Below the pieces are notes generated by a model. It was not told the DNA's origin. It did not search any database and saw nothing but the letters and a program-made list of their open reading frames with translations. Below, in pieces: positions 10,465 through 18,384 of a stretch of DNA of 64,000 nt. The position numbers and the translations under genes were made by a program. The DNA comes from Planctomycetaceae bacterium (lineage in GTDB: Bacteria > Planctomycetota > Planctomycetia > Pirellulales > Pirellulaceae): the NCBI GenBank assembly GCA_020638995.1, contig JACKHM010000002.1:902902-966901 (forward strand), read 5' to 3'. The stretch's first letter is position 1. Every line of letters starts with the position of its first letter.

Positions 10465-11466
10465 TCAGCCTAACCAGCGAGCGACGTCTTTCGCCCAGTA
10501 AGTCAGCAAGATGCTCGCGCCTGCGCGCGTGATCGCAGCAAGCGATTCCAACGCAACGGCCTGCTCGTCGATCCAGCCCTTTTCAGCAGCGGCCTTAACC
10601 ATGCTGAACTCACCCGAGACGTTGTACGCCGCCAACGGCACGCCGGGAAAACGCTCCGCGACAAGACGGATAATATCGAGATAGGCGAGTGCCGGCTTGA
10701 CCATGATGATGTCGGCGCCTTCGGCGAGGTCCAGTTCCACCTCACGAATCGCCTGTTCGGCGGCGGCGGCGAAATCCATCTGATAAGCCCGACGATCACC
10801 GAATTGCGGCGTACTTTCAGCAGCTTCTCGAAACGGTCCGTAAAACGCGCTCGAATACTTTGCGGCGTAACTCATAATGGGCAAGTGCTGATAGCCCTCC
10901 GCATCGAGCGCACCGCGAATCGCACCAATCATCCCATCCATCATACCGCTCGGCGCGACCATATCCGCGCCTGCCTGGGCGTGGCTGACGACCTGCTTCG
11001 CGAGCAACTCGAGTGTCGCGTCGTTATCAACGTCCGGTCGTCCTGTCTTCTCGTTAACGACACCGCAATGCCCATGATTTGTGTATTCACAAAAACAGAC
11101 ATCGGTCACAACGAGCAGATCCGGCGCTGCGGCTTTCGCGGCACGCACTCCCTGCTGAATAATTCCGTCCGCACAATAACTGTTACTTCCGAATTCGTCC
11201 TTTTCATCCGGGATGCCGAACAGAATCACTCCCCCCAGCCCGAGATCCGCTGCCTCTCGTACCTCTGCTTTTAGCAGATCGATCGACAGCTGAGCATGGC
11301 CGGGCATTGAACTGATGGGCTGTCGAATTCCGCTGCCCGTTCGTACGAATAAGGGCAGGATCAGCTTGCTAGGGTCGAGACGCACTTCGCGCACGAGGCT
11401 ACGAACGGCGGGATGATACCGCAGGCGACGAAGACGCGTAGCAGGAAAATGGGAATCGGAGTTCAT
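10465..11466 (-). CDS. hemB: Porphobilinogen synthase (delta-aminolevulinate dehydratase), Cys-rich Zn-type site
   Basis: Motifs RLRRLRYHPAVRSLVRE, the metal site DVCFCEYTNHGHCG, and the Schiff-base lysine context IIMVKPALAYLDII. ATG 11466 gives the usual ~333 aa. The longer ORF start at 11679 adds a non-homologous extension. Confidence 0.93.
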   Translation of the reverse strand: MNSDSHFPATRLRRLRYHPAVRSLVREVRLDPSKLILPLFVRTGSGIRQPISSMPGHAQLSIDLLKAEVREAADLGLGGVILFGIPDEKDEFGSNSYCADGIIQQGVRAAKAAAPDLLVVTDVCFCEYTNHGHCGVVNEKTGRPDVDNDATLELLAKQVVSHAQAGADMVAPSGMMDGMIGAIRGALDAEGYQHLPIMSYAAKYSSAFYGPFREAAESTPQFGDRRAYQMDFAAAAEQAIREVELDLAEGADIIMVKPALAYLDIIRLVAERFPGVPLAAYNVSGEFSMVKAAAEKGWIDEQAVALESLAAITRAGASILLTYWAKDVARWLG

Positions 11467-11838
11467 TGCTCCGTCATAAACCTCAACCAATTGAAAATTG
11501 AAGACCGTGAGTTCGACCGACGGAAAATCGGCTGGCGAAGTCGAGTTTCCAATCCAAACATTTCCACCTCGTCGAGTATAGTCCACAACAGTGCGTATCG
11601 GAACGCGGCTCACGGTCGAGTTGAACTCCTGCGTCTCACCCTCCGGCGACTTGTCGTAGACTCGTCTGTTGGGTGACAAAGGTGCGGATTACTCAACAAG
11701 CCGCGGAACAAGACGTCGCGAGACGCGTTCAACCTTTATTCGGCGAGGTAGGCAGGACGCCTCGTCGGGCAATCTACGAGTCGACGGCTGCGGCGTCCGG
11801 CCTACTTCATACAACCACTGGACAAGCCAACTCGCCGT

Positions 11839-12744
11839 CTACAGCTTCTTCGCTTTCTCCAATTCCTCAGCGAACTTCTTTTTGTAGTAATCCGCCTTGG
11901 CGTTCTCGATGGCCTTCTCGTAGTGCTTCACCGCTAATTTCCCCTCGCCGGTCGCGAGAAACACTTCGCCCAAGTCCGCGTGCCAGCGATCAATGGACCG
12001 TTCAGCTCGGGCGTCGGCTCCCAATTCCTCGGCCTTCTTTGCGGCTGCCAGCGCCTTGTCCTTTTGGCCTGCCTTCAGCCACGCTCCGGCGGCTTCCTTG
12101 TAGTCCCAGGCGGTTTCGTCTTTGTGCATCGGAGCGATCTTCTCGAACAATTCGGCACTTTCGACATACTGGTGCGACAACCGATAGGCGAAGGCGAGTT
12201 GCCCGGCGAGGGCGAAATCGAAATCTATGCCTTCCGCCTTGTTCAGGTGGATCAGTCCCTGGAAATACTTGCACTGCTGCGCATAATCCCGATCCAGCAA
12301 ACCGTGGTAGTTGGACATGATGTATAACGCCGTGCGATCTTTGTCGTTTTTCCGTACTCGGTCCTCGTAACGCTTGCGAGCCGCTTCGACTTGTCCTTTC
12401 TTTTGGACCGTTCCCAGCAGCGAGCGGCAAGTCAACGACGCCATCGAGGGATAGGGCGCGTGTTCGACGACGAACTCAGCCGATTCATACATCTTCGGAA
12501 AATCGCTGCCTTCGGCGTACACGACCATCAGCGTCTGATGAATGCGGCACTTGTCGCTGTCCGATTCGGCCAGCTTGGCCGCCGCCTCCAGCGGACCGCG
12601 GCTCTCGGCCAGTTTTCCCGAGTTATACAACGTGGCTCCCTTCGCCATCGCTTCACGGTAACTCGAGAAACCAGCCTCCTGAGCCTGGGCCATCGAGGCG
12701 ACAACGGTCAAAAGTAGCAAGCAGATGGTAAACGCGTGTCGCAT
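11839..12744 (-). CDS. Secreted TPR-repeat protein
   Basis: ATG 12744 gives the signal peptide MRHAFTICLLLLTVVASMAQAQEA. The body has Ala/Tyr/Lys-rich helical repeats resembling TPR (for example LGEVFLATGEGKLAVKHYEKAIE). Confidence 0.7.
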   Translation of the reverse strand: MRHAFTICLLLLTVVASMAQAQEAGFSSYREAMAKGATLYNSGKLAESRGPLEAAAKLAESDSDKCRIHQTLMVVYAEGSDFPKMYESAEFVVEHAPYPSMASLTCRSLLGTVQKKGQVEAARKRYEDRVRKNDKDRTALYIMSNYHGLLDRDYAQQCKYFQGLIHLNKAEGIDFDFALAGQLAFAYRLSHQYVESAELFEKIAPMHKDETAWDYKEAAGAWLKAGQKDKALAAAKKAEELGADARAERSIDRWHADLGEVFLATGEGKLAVKHYEKAIENAKADYYKKKFAEELEKAKKL

Positions 12745-12958
12745 GATTTCGTTCCTGTTATTCAGAAGTAGACTGGACGTGTGTTGTTGTAGAGTCGGAC
12801 CACCTTGAGACAAGAAAAGCCACAATCGATCAACAACCGGACGCAAAGCGAGCCAAGGCCGATGCGTGTTCGCCAAGCAAGGTGTCATTGAAGCGACATG
12901 TGTGTCTGTTCTCGTTACCACTTCAGATCGAAAACGATCGAATTATGTATGTCCCTTT

Positions 12959-13387
12959 TCAATCCGGATTTTCAAACTGATCTGTCCCTGTCCGCTTCTT
13001 CCTATCGGCCTCCTCCATGAGGTGGCACATCAGGGGCTGCATCTCCTCAAAAAGCGGCTGATAGTACTTCTCCATTCGCTCAACAGCTTCAGGCCTTCCA
13101 AGTTGGAGGAGTTGGTCGAGGTAATTGGCTCGTTCAATATCCCAAAAACATCGGTGACGCAATCCATTCGGTTCACCAATCAAGGTTGGAATGTTGTGCA
13201 AGAATTGCACCTCCACTCGCGCCCATGGTAATTCGTCACGCCGTTGAGCGTAACGAATTGTCAAGAAACCAACTTGAAGAAGGCGAAGGTAGAGTTGATC
13301 GAGAGCATTCACCAAACGTCCTTTCCATTCGTCAATAAACAAATGCGGGAAGATGAGTAATCCCAGCTCGCAATGCCATTTCCACAC
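12959..13387 (-). CDS. Putative immunity protein for the upstream ParB-like toxin module
   Basis: This is a 142-aa cytoplasmic-looking ORF with a GTG start that overlaps the last 56 nt of the toxin ORF. The position is classic for a polymorphic-toxin immunity gene. I recognised no family motif. GC looks lower than its surroundings by eye. Confidence 0.5.
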   Translation of the reverse strand: MWKWHCELGLLIFPHLFIDEWKGRLVNALDQLYLRLLQVGFLTIRYAQRRDELPWARVEVQFLHNIPTLIGEPNGLRHRCFWDIERANYLDQLLQLGRPEAVERMEKYYQPLFEEMQPLMCHLMEEADRKKRTGTDQFENPD

Positions 13388-14330
13388 GAGTCATTCCGTC
13401 CATGATCACCATCCGGCCACTCATGTTTTCTACTACGATTGGCGTGTATTCTGCCCAGTTAAATGCACCGTAATGTTCCAGTTTCGCCGCATCAGCAACA
13501 GTTCGCTGCGCACTTGGGTGTGGACTGAGATTACGAATGTCAATCGTTCTAGGACTCGCATTGTGCACCAGCATACCAAGTGACGAGACCTGATACACGT
13601 GCTGGCCTTGGACTTCCAGGTTGTAGACGCGGATCGGTTCGGCGATTTTCTCGACGCGGGCGATTTTTCGCACACCATCGTCGCACAGAACCGTGCTGCC
13701 TGCGGTCAGTTCGTGGGCTTCGACGAAGTCCCGATGCTCGACCGACCACGTGATGTGATTCGGCGTACAACGGATCGGATCGTCCTGGCCGTCGAGGTAC
13801 ATACAAATCGTTTCGGGGGCGATGTGTGTGAACGTGCCCAGCACAATCCGGCCTTCGCCGGGACGAACTTCGGGGCAGGGCCAGATGGAAACGACTTCAG
13901 CGGGCTCGTCGATCCCGAGTTCCGGGACGACCAGCATCATTGACGATCCCTCGTGAGCGAGATGTTCGTTGACCCAAGTCACTGGTCTTAGGAGGACCAC
14001 CTCGTGCTGCGAAGTCTTCAGGGTGATCTTTCGCCACGTTCGTGGGTTGACGTCGAAGCTGAGCGATTCGTCGAGTTGTTCCGTGGGGTTGATGGCGAAG
14101 GCCACGCGCTCGCCGACTTGGATTTGCTCGATCGACTTCGTGTAGGCTGGGTCGCGACCCAGCCTACTGCTGGCTTGCGCTTCGCTCACGCGTTCGGGAC
14201 TCAAATGACGGTAGCCGAAACCACCCGCGATCAGCAGCCAGATCGCTAGCCAAGCTACGCCGGCGCGTCGCTTCCAAGGGGGGGAGTCAGAGGCAGATTG
14301 GAGACGGTGGTTGAATCGAAAGCGTGTCAT
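13332..14330 (-). CDS. TM-anchored Hint (C-terminal part) plus ParB/Srx-like toxin module protein
   Basis: ATG 14330 lies 9 nt after a GAAGG. The N-terminal region is basic and followed by a TM helix (WKRRAGVAWLAIWLLIAGGFGY). Hint blocks are SIEQIQVGERV, CTPNH (TxxH) and VYNLEVQGQHVYQVSSLGMLVHN. The last ~73 aa (IDIRNLSPHP...TPIVVEN..MVIMDGMTRVEMALRAGITHLPAFVY) resemble a ParB N-terminal/Srx fold. The ORF stays open upstream to 14564. Confidence 0.75.
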   Translation of the reverse strand: MTRFRFNHRLQSASDSPPWKRRAGVAWLAIWLLIAGGFGYRHLSPERVSEAQASSRLGRDPAYTKSIEQIQVGERVAFAINPTEQLDESLSFDVNPRTWRKITLKTSQHEVVLLRPVTWVNEHLAHEGSSMMLVVPELGIDEPAEVVSIWPCPEVRPGEGRIVLGTFTHIAPETICMYLDGQDDPIRCTPNHITWSVEHRDFVEAHELTAGSTVLCDDGVRKIARVEKIAEPIRVYNLEVQGQHVYQVSSLGMLVHNASPRTIDIRNLSPHPSAQRTVADAAKLEHYGAFNWAEYTPIVVENMSGRMVIMDGMTRVEMALRAGITHLPAFVY

Positions 14331-14452
14331 ATTGTTAAACCTTCGTTGATAGTTGGCTGGTCGTGCTGTAGCTGAAGTCGCCAAGACTTCAGAGGCGAAT
14401 CGATGGGTGTCCGAACTCTTGGCGAGTTCGGCTAAGGGCAAATCTCCATTCG

Positions 14453-16951
14453 TTAACAAAGTTCGCGGTCGTAAGCCGCGAAGATATCGTCGACGTTGTT
14501 TTCGTGCGGACGTTTCTTCTTGCGGCGGCTGAGCGAATAGCCAGCGACCGCCACCGGGATACAAGCGGCGGCAATAGCAAGATCCGCCGCGCTGCCGGTG
14601 CCTTCTAATGATTCAAATGTGTCGTCCATGCGCACCTCGGTGCCAGCGACGAAGCAGTTAGACATGCCAAGTGCCATCGAGCCGGCGATGATCGCCACCG
14701 TTCCGGCACCTTTACTGACTGCGTGAGCGACATCGGTCTCCGGCCTGACGAGGTTGCGACTCCAATCGACAACCGGTACATCGGGTACGACGTCGAATCG
14801 ATCGACTTCATCGACGAGGCTGTTTACGACTCCGATCGCCATATCGGTGGCAGCGTTGAGAACATTTGCCGCCCCTTGATTCGCGCCGGCGTTAAACTCG
14901 TTGAAAATGACCAAGCCCCATCCCAGCAGAGAATCGGGGTTTGAACTACTGCCGCCGGTATCTTCGCCCCAAAAGCTGTCCATTGCGAGGGCACTCGTTG
15001 CAGATCCCAACGCCATTTCGAAGGCCGCGTAGGCATCGTCTCCCGCAGCCGTCGCGTTTGACTGTGCCGTCGCGATTGAACTTTCGAAATTCGACACCGC
15101 GACTGCAATCGCTCCCTCGGCCATGAGGTTCGAGATGGTGATGGTGTTTTCCATCATGGCACGAGCGGCGACTTCGGTAGCTTCCCAGATCCCGATCGCG
15201 ACGGCGACCGCGGCTTCGTGTGCGTCGTAAGCATCCGATTCGGCAGCTAGCCAATCGTCCTCCGCCGCCTGAACCGCCAGATCATACACGGCTTGGGCGT
15301 CGGCTTCGGCAAGATCAAATGCAGCGTCGGCATCGGCCACTGCCAGGTCATGGGCCGCCTTGGCAGCCGTTTCTTCGCCGGAATAGGCATTGTCGGCGGT
15401 TAACACCGCCGCTGCATAGGTTGCGTTAGCCCCGTCGATCGCAGCTTGCCATACGTCGCTGGCGTCCCGCTCGGCCTGGTCATAGACCGCAGAAGCCGTC
15501 GTCTCGGCAGCGGTCCTGATTGCGGACGCGGCTTGTTCGTCGGCGTTCCAAGCTGCATCGGCAGCGTTGGCCGCAATTTGGAACACCGCATCGGTCGTGG
15601 TCGCTGCCGTATTCCAATTTGCCTCTGCCGTATCAGCCAACCCTTGCCAAGTGGCCGCGGCGTCGATTTCGACCTGTGTTGCTATGTCGCTGGCATCGGC
15701 CATATCCGACTCGTATTGGTCCCAGGCATCCTGCTCGCTCGAAGTCCAAGTCTCATAAGCACCCTCTTCTACCCACGAGAATATGGCGGCAGCGGTGGTA
15801 ACTGCCGTGTTGTAGTTATCTGCGGCAAGTTGCATGGCCGATTCGTATTGCGTGTACATGGCTGTCCAACACGCATCATCGTCTATATCGCAGCTGCCCA
15901 TCGCTGCTCCCGCGTCGGTGACAGCTTGATTGTAGTCGTCCTGGGCCGTATTGACGTCATCTACGTAAGTCTGATACGCGGGATTCACGATGCCGTTATA
16001 GACCCCAGTCGCCAAGTCCACAGCACCGTTATAAGTGTTCGCTGCGTCCGTAGCCGAGTTGTTGAAGGTGTTCTGGGCCGCGGTAATATCATTGCTGTAC
16101 CCCAAATCGGCCGCGTCCATCGCCGTGCGGTAATCACCGTCCGCCGAGTTCATCGCAGCGTTGTAGATGCCGCCGGCCGCATCCATGTCAGACACATACC
16201 GGGCGTCAGCGGTATCCATCGTCGAGTTATAAGCGTCGTTCGCGATAGCCATCGCAGCGTTGTAGATGTCCGCGGCGCCGTTCATCGCGGTCTCGTAAGC
16301 ACCGTCCGCAGTTTCGACCGCGGCGTCGTAGATGTCGCCAGCCGCGGTGACCGCTGCATCGTGAATCGAGCCCGCGGTTGTCATGCGCGAATTGTACGTC
16401 CCAGCCGCATTATCCAAGGCCGCGACATAGATGTCGTTGGCTGTCGACATTGTGGTGTCGTAAGCGGTGCCCGCATCCGATACGGCGGTGTTATAAGCCC
16501 CGTTCGCCATGGTCAAGGCATCGTTGTAGGTCGTAGCCGCCGAATCGTACGCGAGTTCCAAGACCGCGTTCGCGCTGTCGATCGCACCTTCGTATACCGA
16601 GATTGCGCCCTCAATCGCGGCATCGCGAATATCGGTGATCGACGTAATCGTCATGGCAAAGCCATCGGTCGCGGCGGTAATATCGCTTTGAAGCTGGTTG
16701 CCGATTGAACTGAGCGAGTTGATCAATGTATTCAAGGCAGCCACGTCAGAAGCTGACGTCGAAGAAGCCGAAATGTCGCTGGTCACACAGCTAAGAAAGG
16801 CCGACACGTCGGATTCGCTGGCGTTCATCTCCGGTGCAACGCAATCCGCGGCCAGCAGTCGCCGATCCTCCAGCGACTCGAAGCTTAGCCGTTTCCGATA
16901 GTGTTTCGGTCGTCGCTTGGACTTTGCGGACCCCGAGCGCAGTTTCATCAT
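14453..16951 (-). CDS. Large exported Ala/Asp/Thr-rich hendecad-repeat protein ending in the first Hint strand (CFVAGTEV) and a C-terminal TM anchor
   Basis: An ATGATG start at 16951/16948 follows a G7 purine tract. The N-terminus (KSKRRPKHYRKRLSFESLEDRRLLAA) is typical of planctomycete exported giants. About 40 eleven-residue repeats follow. The C-terminus reads SNCFVAGTEVRMDD, then the TM helix LAIAAACIPVAVAGYSL, then RRKKKR. Confidence 0.8.
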   Translation of the reverse strand: MMKLRSGSAKSKRRPKHYRKRLSFESLEDRRLLAADCVAPEMNASESDVSAFLSCVTSDISASSTSASDVAALNTLINSLSSIGNQLQSDITAATDGFAMTITSITDIRDAAIEGAISVYEGAIDSANAVLELAYDSAATTYNDALTMANGAYNTAVSDAGTAYDTTMSTANDIYVAALDNAAGTYNSRMTTAGSIHDAAVTAAGDIYDAAVETADGAYETAMNGAADIYNAAMAIANDAYNSTMDTADARYVSDMDAAGGIYNAAMNSADGDYRTAMDAADLGYSNDITAAQNTFNNSATDAANTYNGAVDLATGVYNGIVNPAYQTYVDDVNTAQDDYNQAVTDAGAAMGSCDIDDDACWTAMYTQYESAMQLAADNYNTAVTTAAAIFSWVEEGAYETWTSSEQDAWDQYESDMADASDIATQVEIDAAATWQGLADTAEANWNTAATTTDAVFQIAANAADAAWNADEQAASAIRTAAETTASAVYDQAERDASDVWQAAIDGANATYAAAVLTADNAYSGEETAAKAAHDLAVADADAAFDLAEADAQAVYDLAVQAAEDDWLAAESDAYDAHEAAVAVAIGIWEATEVAARAMMENTITISNLMAEGAIAVAVSNFESSIATAQSNATAAGDDAYAAFEMALGSATSALAMDSFWGEDTGGSSSNPDSLLGWGLVIFNEFNAGANQGAANVLNAATDMAIGVVNSLVDEVDRFDVVPDVPVVDWSRNLVRPETDVAHAVSKGAGTVAIIAGSMALGMSNCFVAGTEVRMDDTFESLEGTGSAADLAIAAACIPVAVAGYSLSRRKKKRPHENNVDDIFAAYDRELC
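15185..16530 (-). repeat. Degenerate 33-nt (11-codon) periodic coding repeat, about 40 units in two phase-shifted blocks
   Basis: An aromatic residue (Y/W/F, occasionally H) recurs every 11 aa at ORF residues 151-349 (19 units). It recurs again at 389-598 (20 units, with I488 and A433 as exceptions). The two blocks are offset by +7 residues. The similarity is periodic at protein level, not a high-identity DNA repeat. Confidence 0.85.
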
Positions 16952-17149
16952 CGTTCCCCCCCGAGATAGATCGAGCAATCAGTGTTAGGATCAGCGAGAA
17001 GCTTTCGAATGCCTCCAAAGATCTAATACACCGGCAGCCTAGTTCGATTGCGGGACAAAAGCGGAGTTTTTTCCGAAATGTTTTTTTGCTGTGGAAGCTT
17101 GATTCCGAACACGGGGCGTGAGCACCAAAACGGACGCTAAAATCTACTG

Positions 17150-18046
17150 ATGTACGGACTACTCAACCTCAATAAACCGCTTGGCAAAACCTCGCGCGAC
17201 GCCGTGAATTGCGTGCAGCGCATCGTGCGCCCTGTCAAAGTCGGCCATGCGGGTACATTGGACCCGCTGGCTACCGGTGTGCTGGTCGTTTGCCTGGGGC
17301 CGGCCACTCGTTTGATCCAATATGTTCAGCAGTTACCAAAGCGTTACACCGGTACCTTCTTGCTCGGGCGTCGAAGTGCTTCAGATGACATCGAGGAAGA
17401 GATTGTAGAGCTCCAAAATGTTGCGGTGCCGACGATCGATGAGGTCTTGGCGGTGCTGCCGCGGTTTACTGGGACAATTCAACAGCGTCCCCCGATCTAC
17501 TCAGCGATTAAAGTGAAGGGACAACGAGCCTACGATTTGGCACGCGCCGGGCAGGACTTACAGTTAGACGCACGCCCCGTCGTAATTCACGACCTGCGTG
17601 TTGTCCGCTACGAGTACCCTGAGTTAGTTCTCGATATTGGCTGCGGGAGCGGCACGTATATTCGATCACTGGGAAGAGACATTGCCGAGTCGCTCGCGAC
17701 AGGCGCCGTCATGTCGTCGCTGGAACGAACTGCGATTGGCGACTTCACAGTCAAGTCCGCACTCGAGCTGAAAGACCTCTCGGAAGACTCGCTGAACTCG
17801 CATCTTTTGCCACCGGAAACTGCGATTCAACAACTCGCTTCGATCGTGCTCACAGAAGATGAAGCCCACCTAATCACTAATGGCCGCACAATCGATCGGC
17901 CAGAGCACGGTTTTTCCGACGAGATCGCGGCGTTAGATAGCACCGGACACTTGGTCGCGATCCTGGCTCCGCGCACTCCCAATCACCTGCGACCGACGAG
18001 CAACCTTGCAGTGGCCGCGAAATACTCGCGTAAGAAGGCGAAGTAA
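17150..18046 (+). CDS. truB: tRNA pseudouridine(55) synthase TruB
   Basis: N-terminus is GLLNLNKPLGKTSRD, with the catalytic-Asp motif GHAGTLDPLATGVLVVCLG. Size is 298 aa. Confidence 0.93.
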   Translation: MYGLLNLNKPLGKTSRDAVNCVQRIVRPVKVGHAGTLDPLATGVLVVCLGPATRLIQYVQQLPKRYTGTFLLGRRSASDDIEEEIVELQNVAVPTIDEVLAVLPRFTGTIQQRPPIYSAIKVKGQRAYDLARAGQDLQLDARPVVIHDLRVVRYEYPELVLDIGCGSGTYIRSLGRDIAESLATGAVMSSLERTAIGDFTVKSALELKDLSEDSLNSHLLPPETAIQQLASIVLTEDEAHLITNGRTIDRPEHGFSDEIAALDSTGHLVAILAPRTPNHLRPTSNLAVAAKYSRKKAK

Positions 18047-18384
18047 ACGCTTCAACCGGCACAGCCTGCACTTGCTCGCTCGCTAGCAATCCAATCGATT
18101 CGAATTCTTTCTACCCTCGCGCCAACATCGAGCTAAACTTCGTTCGGGGAGCGTGTGAAGGATACGGCTTCGCCGATTATGACTACCTCGACGATCATTC
18201 CTTACATTCCCTCTTGGCAAATGGCACGGTTGCCTTCGCGAAGACTGGCCCGCTGATGTCATTACTGCCGAACGCTAAGAGAAGAATCTTTGAGACATCA
18301 GGATAATGGCCTGGGCATGGACGCGCCCACGGATCACCAGCACCCGGTACAGCTGCTGGCACCGCTCGGCTTAAGGCCGCGTCC

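Noticed and set aside
11673-12320. A 215-aa plus-strand Pro/Arg/Ser-rich ORF
   Set aside because: It is antisense to the TPR protein and runs into the hemB upstream region. Its composition is typical of an off-frame GC-rich translation.
14331-14564. The N-terminal extension of the Hint/ParB-like ORF upstream of ATG 14330 (MYPGGGRWLF...)
   Set aside because: I did not call it as coding. It overlaps the 3' end of the upstream gene in another frame. The internal ATG has a good SD and yields a sensible basic-TM N-terminus. It remains relevant only under the frameshift hypothesis, which is listed as a finding.
15446-16708. A 420-aa plus-strand ORF, Arg/Val/Gly/His-rich
   Set aside because: It lies entirely antisense to the hendecad-repeat gene. 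Its odd composition and lack of stops follow from complementing Ala/Asp/Thr-rich GC3-biased codons. No start context or motifs support it.
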